A stretch of 62,225 bases of DNA, filler included, from Circinaria calcarea (Eukaryota), in assembly GCA_051942165.1 (NCBI GenBank). It is 10 parts of 10 records of this genome, joined end to end, with 100 filler letters (N's around TTAATTAATTAA, not from the genome) between each part and the next. Parts side by side here need not be neighbours in the genome. Positions count along the whole stretch, not along the records: positions 43,671 to 49,792 come from JAVECS010001667.1; positions 49,893 to 56,013 come from JAVECS010001668.1; positions 56,114 to 62,225 come from JAVECS010001669.1; 7 more parts are not named here. One strand, written 5' to 3'. The position numbers were made by a program, and so were the translations under genes. Under the pieces are notes generated by a model that saw only the letters and a list, made by a program, of their open reading frames with translations, did not search any database and was not told the origin of the DNA. Position 1 is the stretch's first letter. Each line of letters begins with the position of its first letter. Shown one piece after another: positions 49,163-60,862 of this stretch.

Positions 49163-49792
49163 TTATGTCTGTAGAACTGTTTTCGATTCATCCTGAGACT
49201 CCCATGGTCGAACTGTTTTGCCTTCCTGGTAATTCCCCCCAGTGGGCCTCCACATCTGCCACATGGTAATTGGGAGAAGTTCCGCCTCTATCCGCTTCCA
49301 GTCCTCGTCCGGATCCGCCGTGTGAGGATGCAGATTATTTTCGTTGACGACCACAAAGCCGTGCTTTTTATAAAGGGGGACTCCGTAGACTGTAGCATCC
49401 AACCACATTTCCACGTCCATTTCACCTGCCTTAGCGATACCCCATTGCAGAATCAGATCTCCAGCGCCCATGCGTCTGTAATCGGGATGTGTGAAGATGA
49501 TATTCAGGACTGAGGAAGGGGTTTAGCGGTAAGTATTGGGTACGCGAGGGAAATCCCATCTGAGAAGCTGGGAGAGACTAGATACATACAGACTTGGGGC
49601 CGTTGTGCCATCCTCGCTCTCGGAGCATCAAACTGCTCCAAGGCCCGGGTAACAAAATCCCTCTGACCCCCTTGAGGATACCAGTAGGCTTCCGGGTGCT
49701 CCTCAGGGTGCTCGAACGGGTTCGTCTTGCAGATCTTCCAGAGTGCGCCAGCTACAATCTTTCCCGTCGCCACATCCGTGACCTTTTGCCAA
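49163..49792 (-). CDS. GNAT N-acetyltransferase, 5'-truncated
   Basis: FTHPDYRRMGAGDLILQWG (acetyl-CoA motif A) and LDATVYGVPLYKKHGF. One intron. Confidence 0.88.
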
Positions 49793-49892
49793 NNNNNNNN
49801 NNNNNNNNNNNNNNNNNNNNNNNNNNNNNNNNNNNNTTAATTAATTAANNNNNNNNNNNNNNNNNNNNNNNNNNNNNNNNNNNNNNNNNNNN

Positions 49893-50481
49893 CGCGCAAA
49901 GACGTGCCGATGCTCTAAACGGAGAAGCAGGACGCGCCGATGCCGACATGACTATCCGTCAGCAAGTTGAGCAGATGAGCCATGACATGGAAGGTGGAGG
50001 CCTTATGATGACTCTATCTGAGCGAGCCAAGCAGCCTATCCATAAGAAACGCAAGGCTACTTTGGGCCTTATGGCAAGCGGCTCTCGTAACGGACCTTCC
50101 ACTGGCCAGGCAGCTGCCCAGACCCCACGCGTTTCTCAACTTGACGGTCCTGATGATACGGATGAAGACGATAAAACAGGGATCAAATCTGACATCGAAG
50201 AAGACGAGGACGCGATCAACTCCGACCTCGACGACCCCGATGATAACGTGGTTGATGAGAACGAGGACGATACCCAGCAGGGACAGATCATGCTTTGTAC
50301 CTATGATAAGGTGCAGCGGGTGAAGAACAAATGGAAGACCACACTAAAGGACGGTGTCTTGACGACGGGAGGAAAAGAGTAAGTTACTTGCTTTACCTGA
50401 CTGATTGGTAAAACATGATGAGGTGCTAAATGCAACAATAGATATGTTTTCCATAAGGCGCAGGGTGAGTTTGAATGGTGA
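49893..50481 (+). CDS. TOA1: TFIIA large subunit (alpha/beta), C-terminal part
   Basis: QLDG motif, DAINSDLDDPDD and MLCTYDKVQRVKNKWKTTLKDG..KE|YVFHKAQGEFEW*. Confidence 0.95.
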
Positions 50482-53400
50482 AGTGGAAGTTACATCGGAA
50501 AAAGTGCCCGGCAAGCCTACTACCTACCAAGTTATCGGTACTATGGCTTCACGACCATTTTTTTCCCGCCGAAACCTGTTATGTTGGGAGGGGGGAGGGA
50601 GGGGGCCTCTGCCGCGTAGGGTCGCCCCGGAAAGGAGGATAAAACTGCCATGTCATGTGGCCATGGGTACAGCTAAGGAAGGGTCCTTTTTAAAAATACC
50701 CATATCCAACCGGCGTTTCCAACCCTCTTCTTTTTGGCACTTCTTAGGCGTTAACTGCGAAAAATGAAAATGGGGCCAAATAGACTCCCACTCAGGTTTT
50801 ATATTCTAAGATGTCGTTACGCAATAAGTAAGGTACTCTAGTAGTAGCTAGGCTTGCTTGCTTGCTTGTTACTCAGAACCGGGAGTATTGAAAAATAAAT
50901 CAGCTCGATAAGGGGGCTTGGCTTCATGGAAAGTTAACTACGGACTACCTAGGGTAGCCAGGTCCATTGTTGGAATACTAATGCCCGGGTTTCGTTTCTT
51001 TTCGTTTCGTTTCGTGCTGAAAGACCTATCTCTACCCCCCCTCTCCCTTGCCCCTCTCCATATTAATTCCCATCCCTCCTTTTCCCTCCTTAAAAACCCG
51101 CCAACATGCCGAATTTTCTTCCACCTCACCCCGGCCAATTTCCTTGCCTTACTTGACGCTGGGAAATTTATATAACGTCCAGACACCGCCACGTCTCCCT
51201 TCCCTTGAACGGGAGGGAAATAAAAAAAACCGGTATTCAAAGCCTATGCGAGCTTGCTGCGGGGGCTACAGTATGGGATCATTGAGGCACCACCACCACT
51301 TGTGATTGACGGCTGTATTTATGTAAAGGAAAGTGACGGTGGGAAGGTATGTATACGTCTGGTGGAGGATCTCGCCGGGAGCCGGGGGGGGGGGAAGGGG
51401 ATTCCCAAGCTGAGCTGAGCTAAGCTCGGTGGAGACAAGGGAAAAGGTTGGATAGCGGACGTTTCTAGGGAGAAGGAGTATATCGGGAGGAGTAGAGAGA
51501 TTGTGAAATGCTTTGTTGGAAGGAGAAAAGGGGGGTTCTGGGTGCACCGGGTGCTGTTGTAGAGGTAGAATTAAAAATCCCATTTGCTATCGGTGTGAGT
51601 GAGGGTTTGAAATTGCAGCCCGACGATAAGAAGAAAAGGGGATGGCAGGGTCACCAATCCAGCTGCGAGGTAGTTGCACCATCCGCCTGGTCTAGGTCTC
51701 TGATGGCACGGTTGTTAGGGGCTCCAATAGGAACCTGGGTATCGTATTCAGCTTCAATTGTGTCTGGCTCACATTCTCGGGCCGAGGTCCTCTTTCTCTG
51801 CCTTTTCTTTGGATCCTTTTTTTTTCCTGCTCTCAGGGATGTTCAGAGATACCATCCGTCTATCTGGCAAGCTCCGTCTTGGCTGGAGACGTCTTTGAAT
51901 GAGGGGTTAGCCTAATAATGTCAGCCAAAAGATCTCTCGAAGGACGTTTCACCTTACAGTTAAGGCCCATGATATGGGTCTAGATAGTGGATGTAAACTG
52001 TACAGTTCTGGTGTGGGATTTCATTTTCATAGTTGACTTGAAGCTGGCCTGAGGCGGAGGTCATGCATGAGGGAACCAACGCTCTTTTTAGGCTGGTTCA
52101 GCTCAAGCAGCTCAGTTCTTGTTCGACTAGTGTTTGCTTCGGCGGTGGTTTGTTTTGGAGAGGTGACTTCATGGTGGACTACAAGTTATCGTATCAATCC
52201 TGACAGTCAAGGCACGAGAGCTTCTTCGACAATTGATAGTAGCTCTGAGAGAGGTTGGTGGGAATTCCTTTGACCCTGAGTCAGTATCCTTATCTCCGGA
52301 AGCGGAATGCTGTAGACACTATTCTTGATTGCGTTGATCGCAGCATGCTACATTACGGCGTAGTAGCAAGACGATCTTCTGAATGTCTTGCATGCCACCA
52401 TCGAAGCCTTGCATGAACTGGTACCCGGCGGATTTGGGGTTATCCAGCGGGATGAAAGGGCCTCATCTCCGAGATGCAATGCATACCTCGTTCAAGGTGT
52501 CGGGAGGAGTACCGTCCCTGCTGATCTGCGCTCAGCCGCATGGAGAAATTAACATCTTTTCATGGCTCGCATCGATCTCCGAAATACCTTCATGCCCTGT
52601 GACAGAAATTCTCTGCAGATAGCCTGATACAAACGTACACTACAGATGGAACGATGGGGCTGCAGGTCACTCCTATCAAAGTCCAAAGACAATCTGATAG
52701 AATTACTTTGCATTTGAAAACGGCTGAACTACAGTGTTCTAGAGAAAGAGGGATCACGGCCAATGACGGGATATGAGATGGCAAGTGAAAAGTGAGATTG
52801 CGTCTAGAGTTTCCGCGCAGGACTCTATACGATGATTAGGTGGATGACGGCTCAGTCGTTATGGTGATGATGTGGGATATGCTAATTGGAGCGCATCTTA
52901 ACAAAGTGGCACCTAGAAGAGATCCAGCTGCTCCAGTTCCAGTGCTATGCCTCGGCCGTGCCTAAAAGGTGGGCATTACCACAGCTAGATCCTCAAAAAA
53001 ACCCCTCACAAACTTTGGCGGCCCAAACCAGCAATTTATTGCAGTAGGTGGGCTGTGGGTGTTTATACCCTTTTCCGTGCTTCCAGCTGTCTGCGTATAA
53101 TCATCCATTTAAAGGGGGCGGGACATTGGCTGGCAGCCTTGCCATATAAGGCTGCGTGCACGATCAGTGCAAACCCTTTTGCACTGGCAGTACACCACCA
53201 CCAGTCCAGTGCAGGTACAGTAGCTTGCACTGCACCGCACCGATAGTACGGGCTTGGCAATGCACAACCGATACACTGAACTACCAAGCCGCACTGCGCC
53301 GGCTGCACTATTGGAAGCCTTGCTCTTAGACGTTCTTAGGCAACTAAGTAAAGAAGGGCTCCCTCTATGCAAGAGTCTTGATCGTAGCTCCTCGCATGTG

Positions 53401-53551
53401 GCGAAGAGTGTATATGTAGTGGTTGGTTGCTACGCCGTAAGCACTACTAAGCAGCCACGGCAATTTGGATATGTTACATTGATGTCTTTCGTTTTCTCTA
53501 CAGCGTTCAGGCTCTCCAAGTTTCACTTCAGATTTCAAAAAGGTGCCCAAT

Positions 53552-54920
53552 ATGTATAACCGTACTTCCATTGCGACGATAGCGGTTTCTGTTGTAATGC
53601 CGTTGCTGGCTACGCTTGCGGTGGTTCTTAGGACCAAGGCGAGAAGCATGCAGAAGCAGCAACTGCGGGCTGATGATTATTTCATCTATGCATCTTTGGT
53701 AAGAGATAACGCCGAATCAACAATTTGAGAAACCTACTGAGTTGTTTAGGTTGTTTCTTTGGGTCTCTGTGCTGTTGGTGTGTTTGAGGCAGTAAAGGCA
53801 GGCATTGCGCAGCCGTTCTTGGTGATAGCAGCAGATTCTTCCCTTTTGACCAGGTTCTTGCAGGTATGATAACGGTAGTTGATATTGGATTTGGTTCACA
53901 TGTACACAGGTTATTTTCGCGGACGTCCTCCTATATATTGTTGCAGTTAGTCTCGTCAAGATTTCCGTCATCCTTTTTTACAAGCGCATCTTCGTTACTA
54001 AAGGATTTCGTATCGCTGCCGACTTGACACTTGGATTCACAGTTGCGTGGATGATATCTTTCTTTCTTGTATGGCAAGGTCTGTTCCGGCTGAAAGCTCC
54101 GTCCTAATCGAGTTTAGGGATATCTTTTCTCAAAAAAGCCGGTCTCAGCCCATTGGGACCCAATCAATGCGAGGTCGAGCACTGGGGCAGAGATGTTCCA
54201 GACGCTTTGTGGAGTGACGGATATGATATTAGATCTATTTATACTATGTCTTCCGCTTCCTGTGATCAAAAACCTCCATATGAGCACGAAACGCAAAGTC
54301 ATCACTGCTGGCGCGTTGTGGTTAGGCTCGTTGTGAGTTACCGTCAAATCGAAATCAAAGCAAACAACTAATATAGTCCTGTTTATTTAGTTGCGTAGTA
54401 GCGTCCAGTGTCAAACTCTACTACGCAGCAGAGTTTAACAAAGCCAACCACGAGTCAAATTTTCCTGTGTTTAGTAGTAAGTTTACCGCCGACATGTTCC
54501 GTAAAACAACTGTTTTCTTTCGCAGCATCTGTTTGATTCTATTGCTGAATTCAGTCTCCGCTAGCCACTGTCGTCAACATTCTAATATGGTCCCGAATCG
54601 AGCCCTGCGCCTCCATTTTTGCAGCTTGCCTCCCAACCTACGGCCCACTCTTTGCATCCGGCACATTCCTCTCCTCGCTCCTTAAGTCTTTCTCTTCCTT
54701 CTTCTCGGCCTTGAGCCAAAATCGCTCAGATAAATCCTCCGATGAGGATCACAGCCCCCGAAACTCACATGCGGTGGAGAGGGGATGGAGGAAGTTGAAT
54801 GCTAGCAGCTCATATAAAGTGGAGGCTCAAAGGGCGAAAGTGGAAGACTTGGAGCTCGGCAAAGTAAGAAAAGTGGGTGAAATAAGCGTTGAGACCAGCT
54901 TCACGTTGGAAACTAAGTAG
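53552..54920 (+). CDS. PTH11-like (fungal rhodopsin-domain) integral membrane protein
   Basis: LAVVLRTKAR..LRADDY, VKISVILFYKRIF, LDLFILCLPLPVIKNLHMSTKRK and WSRIEPCASIFAACLPTYGPL. Multi-exon. Confidence 0.88.
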
Positions 54921-55474
54921 CGTCACGATTCAAGCCGTTGTTATTCAATTCAGGCGAGGTTCACACATGCGGTTCTCATCGAAGCTTGAGGGTTCACCCC
55001 TACACTTAGCCTGATGTACGATTTGACTGAATTCCTTAGTTCGCATGCGAGTCAGTGTAACATCTATCTTTCTTAACTTTTAGCCTGTGCCTTGGTCGTA
55101 TTTGGGGGAGGGGGGGTGCTTGGGATTAAACGGGTAGAATTACTGGTAGGGGATGGTTCGGTTGCCGTATGACATGACTCATGTGCGGAAACCTAGAACT
55201 TCTCGGTGTCCCTCGACGAAAGCAACGAGCTTTGCTATTGTGCCTTATAGCTGCAGCTGTCGCCGCAAACATGAGAAATGCGAGACTGGACTAGAGAAAG
55301 ATGGGATGGAGTGACCAGTTTAGCTCATTTCTAGGATACCAGGATTTCGCCTAGCTGCATGCTCAAGGAGGTGTAGGTACCACTGTTGAATCAATTCGAA
55401 GAAAAGTAGCATCCGTATTTTCTTCATACTTTCTACTCAGGTTTGTATTCTCGGATTAAGATCTGCTTTTGCAT

Positions 55475-56013
55475 ATGATGCTATCCGCCAGAGGACAGAT
55501 ACTTATTAGCGACAATGATTTACGTCCTGTTGTTAATATCTGCGCAATAATTTTCCTTGTTCCAATAGTATTCAGCGTCACAGAACGACTCTTTACAAAA
55601 GCTGTCGTGATAAAGAAGAGTGGACTCGATGACATTACCTTGATCGTCGCATTTGTGAGTTACGGATTTGCTATTTTAAGCTTCATATCTCCGACTGGAT
55701 ACCAATCGTCTAGGTGTTTTCTCTCGCCCAAACTGCAGCTGTTATGGTAGCCACCGCAAATGGCCTTGGACAGCACTGGAGCGCATTGCCAGAATCCCGG
55801 AAGGTTACTTTCGAGAAAGTATGTCGCTTTCCCAAGAGCCCATGGAGACGCGAAGTCTAAACCATGATGAATAGGCAACCTACGCTTCAGGACTTCTGCT
55901 CATATCTTCTCTGGTCCTAACCAAGCTTTCCATTATACTATTCGTCCAGGGTCTATCGCCAGCCCAGGGCTTTACCAAGTTCGGGTCCGTTCTCAGCGCC
56001 GTGCTGCTAGTAT
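55475..56013 (+). CDS. Second PTH11-related integral membrane protein, 3'-truncated
   Basis: RLFTKAVVIKKSGLDDITL, ANGLGQH and TKLSIILFV, with TM segments and GT-AG introns. Confidence 0.7.
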
Positions 56014-56113
56014 NNNNNNNNNNNNNNNNNNNNNNNNNNNNNNNNNNNNNNNNNNNNTTAATTAATTAANNNNNNNNNNNNNNNNNNNNNNNNNNNNNNN
56101 NNNNNNNNNNNNN

Positions 56114-56348
56114 CGAGTACTGGGACCGGGCCAGCACGGCCATGGTCAATGTCCTGTCGGGAACGGTGCATGTCATGTTACGGGGGGGACTTAAGGATCC
56201 CATCGCGCATCCGGGGACGGTGTGGACCCGCATGGAGTGGCCGGCCATCCAGAAGAACAAGAGGATCACCAAGGTTATCAGGGTGAATCCGCAGGGGCAA
56301 GTGGTGGGGCAGATTTGGCCGCCGCTGAAGGCGCATTTGAAGGTTTAA
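56114..56348 (+). CDS. C-terminus of a protein resembling the ADP-ribosyl cyclase/CD38 catalytic region, 5'-truncated
   Basis: Frame from 56115 reads EYWDRASTAMVNVLSGTVHVMLRGGLKDPIAHPGTVWTRMEWPAIQKNKRITKVIRVNP. The W-x3-S, VHVML and distal Glu spacing mirrors CD38 as recalled from memory. Confidence 0.55.
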
Positions 56349-57308
56349 AGGGGGATAAATCTTATATTAGAATGGGGATGACATGCCGGTAGTGATCGTT
56401 GCGTTGGCATGAGATCCATTCTCTTTTTATAGAATCATCAAGGGACAGTATATATAGCAGTATAACGAAATAGTAGCATATGGAAAGCGTATATACATTT
56501 CGCAAAGTTGCGCCGCGTCTGCGCAAAAAGAGTACACGGGGAATACTTATCGAGTTCCACGTGACTTGGTTTTTTTTGACCCCGACGAGAGGAGGAAGAT
56601 GATGATGAGGCTAATTCTAATCTTTAAAGAATCTTACCCAAGTGTACGTAAGTGGGAGAAGTGCACGTATTAGTGGATGCCTTAGAGAACAAAGATTCTG
56701 GGGGTGGCCTTCTTCAAAATGTCCATAAATATGTAGTTATGATCCCCTAGCGTAATACGTACTAGTCTGCTTAGTATATAGGGATCTCGCTTAGAAGTAA
56801 TCAACTTCAGCTTGGAATACTACAAGGTTGCGTTAGGAAATGAGCTTCTAACATGCGTCTTCCGCAAACCGCCTAGGTAAGTCTCGGAGTCCCTCCTAGA
56901 TCTTCTACAGATGAACGGGCTACTACTGTTGAATTTTACGGGTCTTTTAATACGCTCGATAAAGTCTGTTGATTGGCACTGAGTCACGTCTCTGATTACG
57001 TGTGCACAATGCGTTAAATGAGGCAGTTCATACACTATGATTCGAATGCAATTTGAGTTCATCCAGAATCTATGAAAAGTCTACGGTTCTATGGAGAGAA
57101 AAACAACACTTTTATATATGTTACGCGAAGGCGCTACCATACCATAATGCCTCGCTTAATCTCGCGTACTGAACTCCCAGGTTTAAACCGGCGAGTTCAT
57201 GTGTGTGGTGCCAAGTTCGACAACTACAAAAGTACAACATACCCGGCAGTTGCCAGTCCATTCCTTGAGCATATGTACAGCTAGCTTTCTGTTATTTTCT
57301 CCCCCAAC

Positions 57309-58265
57309 ATGTCTGGCCTCGTTTGTAGGCTCAAATGGCGCAAAGGGGAACCTCTTGGCTTATCAATTTCCCCGAGACGGACTTTCCTTGACCTGCCTCG
57401 AGAGATTCGCGACCAAGTCTTCTGGTGCAGTCTAGTCGCTTCGGAACCGATTACGGTGTGGTCAGGTACATCGCAAGCGCCCTTGCACCGTTCTGAGAGC
57501 AATGACATAGTAGCCTCTTCAAGTATGAAAGATACTCAAGTCACTACCCTTCTAAGTCTCCTCCGCTGTCATCGAACAGTTGCTTCCGAGGCCGCAGTCA
57601 CCTTCTACAAGTTCAACACTTTCAGCTTCGCTGGCGACCACAACTGGAGCCCTCTCTACATGTTCCTGCAAATGATCGGCGAGAAGAATCGGGGTCACCT
57701 GAGGGATCTGGTTTTACACATAGACAGACCCGAACAAGTTCGCCAGCACCTTGACGGCACATATACATCGCTCGAACCCTGGTATTCTAGCAGAGTTTGC
57801 CCCTCCGATGAGGTCCCACTCGGGCAATTAAGTCCAGCTGTGGAAGGCATAGTGGAACGGTTGGATCCAGCTATCAAGGCTTGCTTTCGCATACTTGGAA
57901 GAAGCGGGCCACCACTAACTCTGACATTGACGATAGACCGAGGATATCTTCCAGGAGTGTGGCTGCAGCTCGCTGGGGAACATTCTTACTACTTCGACTG
58001 GAGCATGGTCGGGCCAGACACTATCGAAAGATTCAGGCAGGCGTTTACCAACACCTCTGGCCAAGCAAGCCGTGTGGACGTGCTATGGAAAGGAGACTGT
58101 CATAAAAAGGACTTTGCGCGCCAGATGGAGCTCGTTCAACGGGTTGGATGGGAGATTGTAGACTTGAAAGAGGCGGAAGAAAACCACTATAACTACACTC
58201 ATCCTCGGCAACGGACGATATTCATACTGCGCAGAAAATCACTGGAAATAGCGTCTCTGAACTAA
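57309..58265 (+). CDS. Hypothetical protein with F-box-like N-terminal motif
   Basis: 318-aa ORF with TFLDLPREIRDQVF and LLRCHRTVASEAAVTFYKFNTFSF, a pattern common in Pezizomycotina F-box-like families. Confidence 0.7.
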   Translation: MSGLVCRLKWRKGEPLGLSISPRRTFLDLPREIRDQVFWCSLVASEPITVWSGTSQAPLHRSESNDIVASSSMKDTQVTTLLSLLRCHRTVASEAAVTFYKFNTFSFAGDHNWSPLYMFLQMIGEKNRGHLRDLVLHIDRPEQVRQHLDGTYTSLEPWYSSRVCPSDEVPLGQLSPAVEGIVERLDPAIKACFRILGRSGPPLTLTLTIDRGYLPGVWLQLAGEHSYYFDWSMVGPDTIERFRQAFTNTSGQASRVDVLWKGDCHKKDFARQMELVQRVGWEIVDLKEAEENHYNYTHPRQRTIFILRRKSLEIASLN

Positions 58266-58359
58266 TAAATACTGTCCTCAAGTTTGCAATGCGTTCATGC
58301 GGGTATCAGCTGTTGGAACAACCTACAGAGAAGTAATCTGTCAATGGTGCAAAAGATGC

Positions 58360-58870
58360 ACTTTCAAAACCCCTCGTTAATCTCTTTGATCGTCCAAATC
58401 TTCCGCTGAACCTCTTCGATCGAGGGTTTGCTGCTTTCCGCCCTCGATTTGCCTATAGGGTCTGCCTCGATGGTAGCGAGGAGAAAGATCGCAAGCCCCT
58501 TCTTCTAGGACTGCGGCTCCACCACGAGAAGTTTAATCTCCCTATACTAGAGTGTTCTCTGGTGGCGGTGGCAGCACAGGCGAGCAAAGAAGTCTGTTTG
58601 GCATCGGCAGCAGGTGTCAAGGTAGGAGACAGGAGATAAATGGAAGCATCTGGCCCCGAACTCCTGCAGGATTTGGGTATTTGTCTGCAGGCGGTTGATT
58701 TCAGCCCGGGAGAAAACCCACTGGCGGAGTGCGAGATACTGAAAGCTGGGTTCATCATGGAAGGGAGGAGAGAGAGGCTATCAGATGAGGCGAGCTGGGA
58801 GTGGGTCAGAAGGGTGAGTGTGGTGGGACGACCATCGATTTGAAGTATTGTCGCTATGTCTGGCTGGATT
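58360..58870 (-). pseudogene. Decayed GNAT-like acetyltransferase
   Basis: Fragments MNPAFSISH, NRLQTNTQILQEFG and EIKLLVVEPQS*KKGLAIFLLATIEA..TIKEINEGF* lie in different frames with in-frame stops. Confidence 0.5.
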
Positions 58871-59353
58871 GGAAAGGAATGAATCTGAAAACGAAAGATC
58901 GGAAGGAGAATTATGCGCTCGAAAGAAGTGGCAGTGCGTATATGGACTTAGTGTAGAGATGGTGACCTTGGCCGTGTAAACCTTCGGGCAGGATGGAGAT
59001 GAATGTTTTCCGAGCTGGAAAGCAGGTGCTCATGTCTTTTGGTTTATAATGAGCCGCTGCCTGATCGGCATACCATACGGTAGGTATAACCCCTTTCGGC
59101 TGTTACTAGTTCGGCACACCCTGTGTACCCAAGATGCATGCCAGAGCAGGGACCAGATTAGATTCGATGGTCCTTTCGGTTTTCACGTCTCTCCAACCCC
59201 ATTCAGATGCATGGTAATAAAGACGAAAAAAGATACTTACTCGAGAGGGAAGGGGTGGATCAAACCGTTTAAAATGCCTATGCCTATGCCTATCCCGAAT
59301 CTCCCAAATTTAGAAAAAATCTCCATCTAACAAAAAAACGGCTTCCGAAATGG

Positions 59354-60862
59354 CTAAGCCCACGCCCCGACCACGGCCATCAACATGGCTCCTCCCACCA
59401 CTGCCCCACAAGCCTCCAGTCTCCTCCGGCCCCTCAACGTTACATAGCTACCATCGCTCAAGAAGTCCTCCGCCAGCAACTCGACCAAGCCGGCAAAGAC
59501 CAATAACCCGCTGCTGACCGCATTCGTGACCCCTACCATCAACAGCCCCGTCTGGCTCTGCGGATCATACAGTCCATGCACGGCCAGTCCAATGGCTTGC
59601 CCACACGGAGTGGTAAGCCCATACGCGAGCGCCATGAGCCACGGTTTGGGGGAAGTAGGCGATAAGGCTGGGATGGCGGCTATACGGGAGCCGAGGGCGA
59701 GCCCTTCGAAGGTTTGGTGGAAGGAAATGGCGATGAGGAAGACGATGAAAGGAGTGGAGGTTGCGATAGAGAGGGCCATGCCGATGAAGATGGAGTGGAA
59801 GAGGATACCGGCTTCAAGGAGGAGGCATTGGAGGAGGAGTTTCTGCTGGAGTTGGTGGTCAGACAGGGATGGTTTGGACGAGAAGGGGGAGGAGGAGGTT
59901 GCCCGGTGTGGGAGGGAGTCGGGACGGGGGGTGTCAGCAAGGAGGTCGGCGGCGTCGGTTGTGGGGTCTAATTCATCGAGGTCGAGATCGGAGTCATTGC
60001 CTTGGGAATCCCCATCGTCGTATTTGGATGCGTCTTCAGCTGCGGATGAATCTCTCGGAGAGGTGGGCACTCTTCCCCAGACTAATTGTTCAGATGACCC
60101 TCCGAGTGCCCCTAATGCAACACCATTTGCTTGTCCACCGCCTCCATGTGGGTCTTGCATCCTGAGTGACCTTCTCCTCTGTCTTTTAGAGGGCCTATCT
60201 CCATTGGCTATGTGTTTAGGCTCCATGTCCGCATTATCGTTGGGAAGAGTATCGTATTCACTCCCATGCATATGGCCCGCACCTCTCGTAGCAAAGAACA
60301 TTTCAATCCCCACAACCATGAGCACAGCGGTCATAGCGATTAGCCCTGCCATGGCAGGATAACCTTCGTTCCAAAACGTAGGGAGACATGGGTCGGTGAG
60401 AGAGACGAAGGCTGTAGGTAGGAGATGGACGAATGCGGTTGCGATCAGGACACCTGTCCCGAAATGGCGCGAGAGGAAGAGAAAGTAATGAGGTACAGGA
60501 AGGCGAGGGAAGCGTCGTACTATAACAGGAAAGGAGCATGCTGCGTATATCCTGTCAAAAGTTGCAATCAGGTCTGGTACGTGAGTCAGGACTTACCGGC
60601 GGTGCTGAGCACCAGGATGAGTACCAAGGCAAAGACATGTAAAGCCGTATTATATTCCCCCCTGTTGCCCCCAGATCCGCATTCCGGCTTCCCAGGCGCA
60701 TCTTGTCTTCGTCGCAGTTCAGCTTGGAGGAGTGCGGTAGGCAGGTCGGACCATAACGCAGGTGCTATAGGGGAGGTCAGCAACCAATCACTTCAACCAT
60801 GACCTGAGGACGAGCTCCATCCACTTACAAACTCCACCAGTATCATCAGCTGAACTTGGCAT
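59354..60862 (-). CDS. ZIP-family zinc/iron permease
   Basis: YNTALHVFALVLIL, RHFGTGVLIATAFVHLLPTAF, LLEAGILFHSIFIG, FHQTFEGLALG and GLVELLAEDF. Two introns near the 5' end. Confidence 0.93.

Noticed and set aside
50500..52400. Telomerase RNA candidate (long structured non-coding region)
   Set aside because: I found no TAACCCTAA-type template on either strand, and could not identify pseudoknot or CR4/5 elements.
6145..56113. Regularly spaced TTAATTAATTAA repeats and cross-spacer gene neighbourhoods
   Set aside because: They are an artificial linker joining length-sorted contigs, so they are not biological and synteny across them is invalid.
59526..60362. 278-aa + strand ORF
   Set aside because: It is the antisense shadow of the ZIP transporter.
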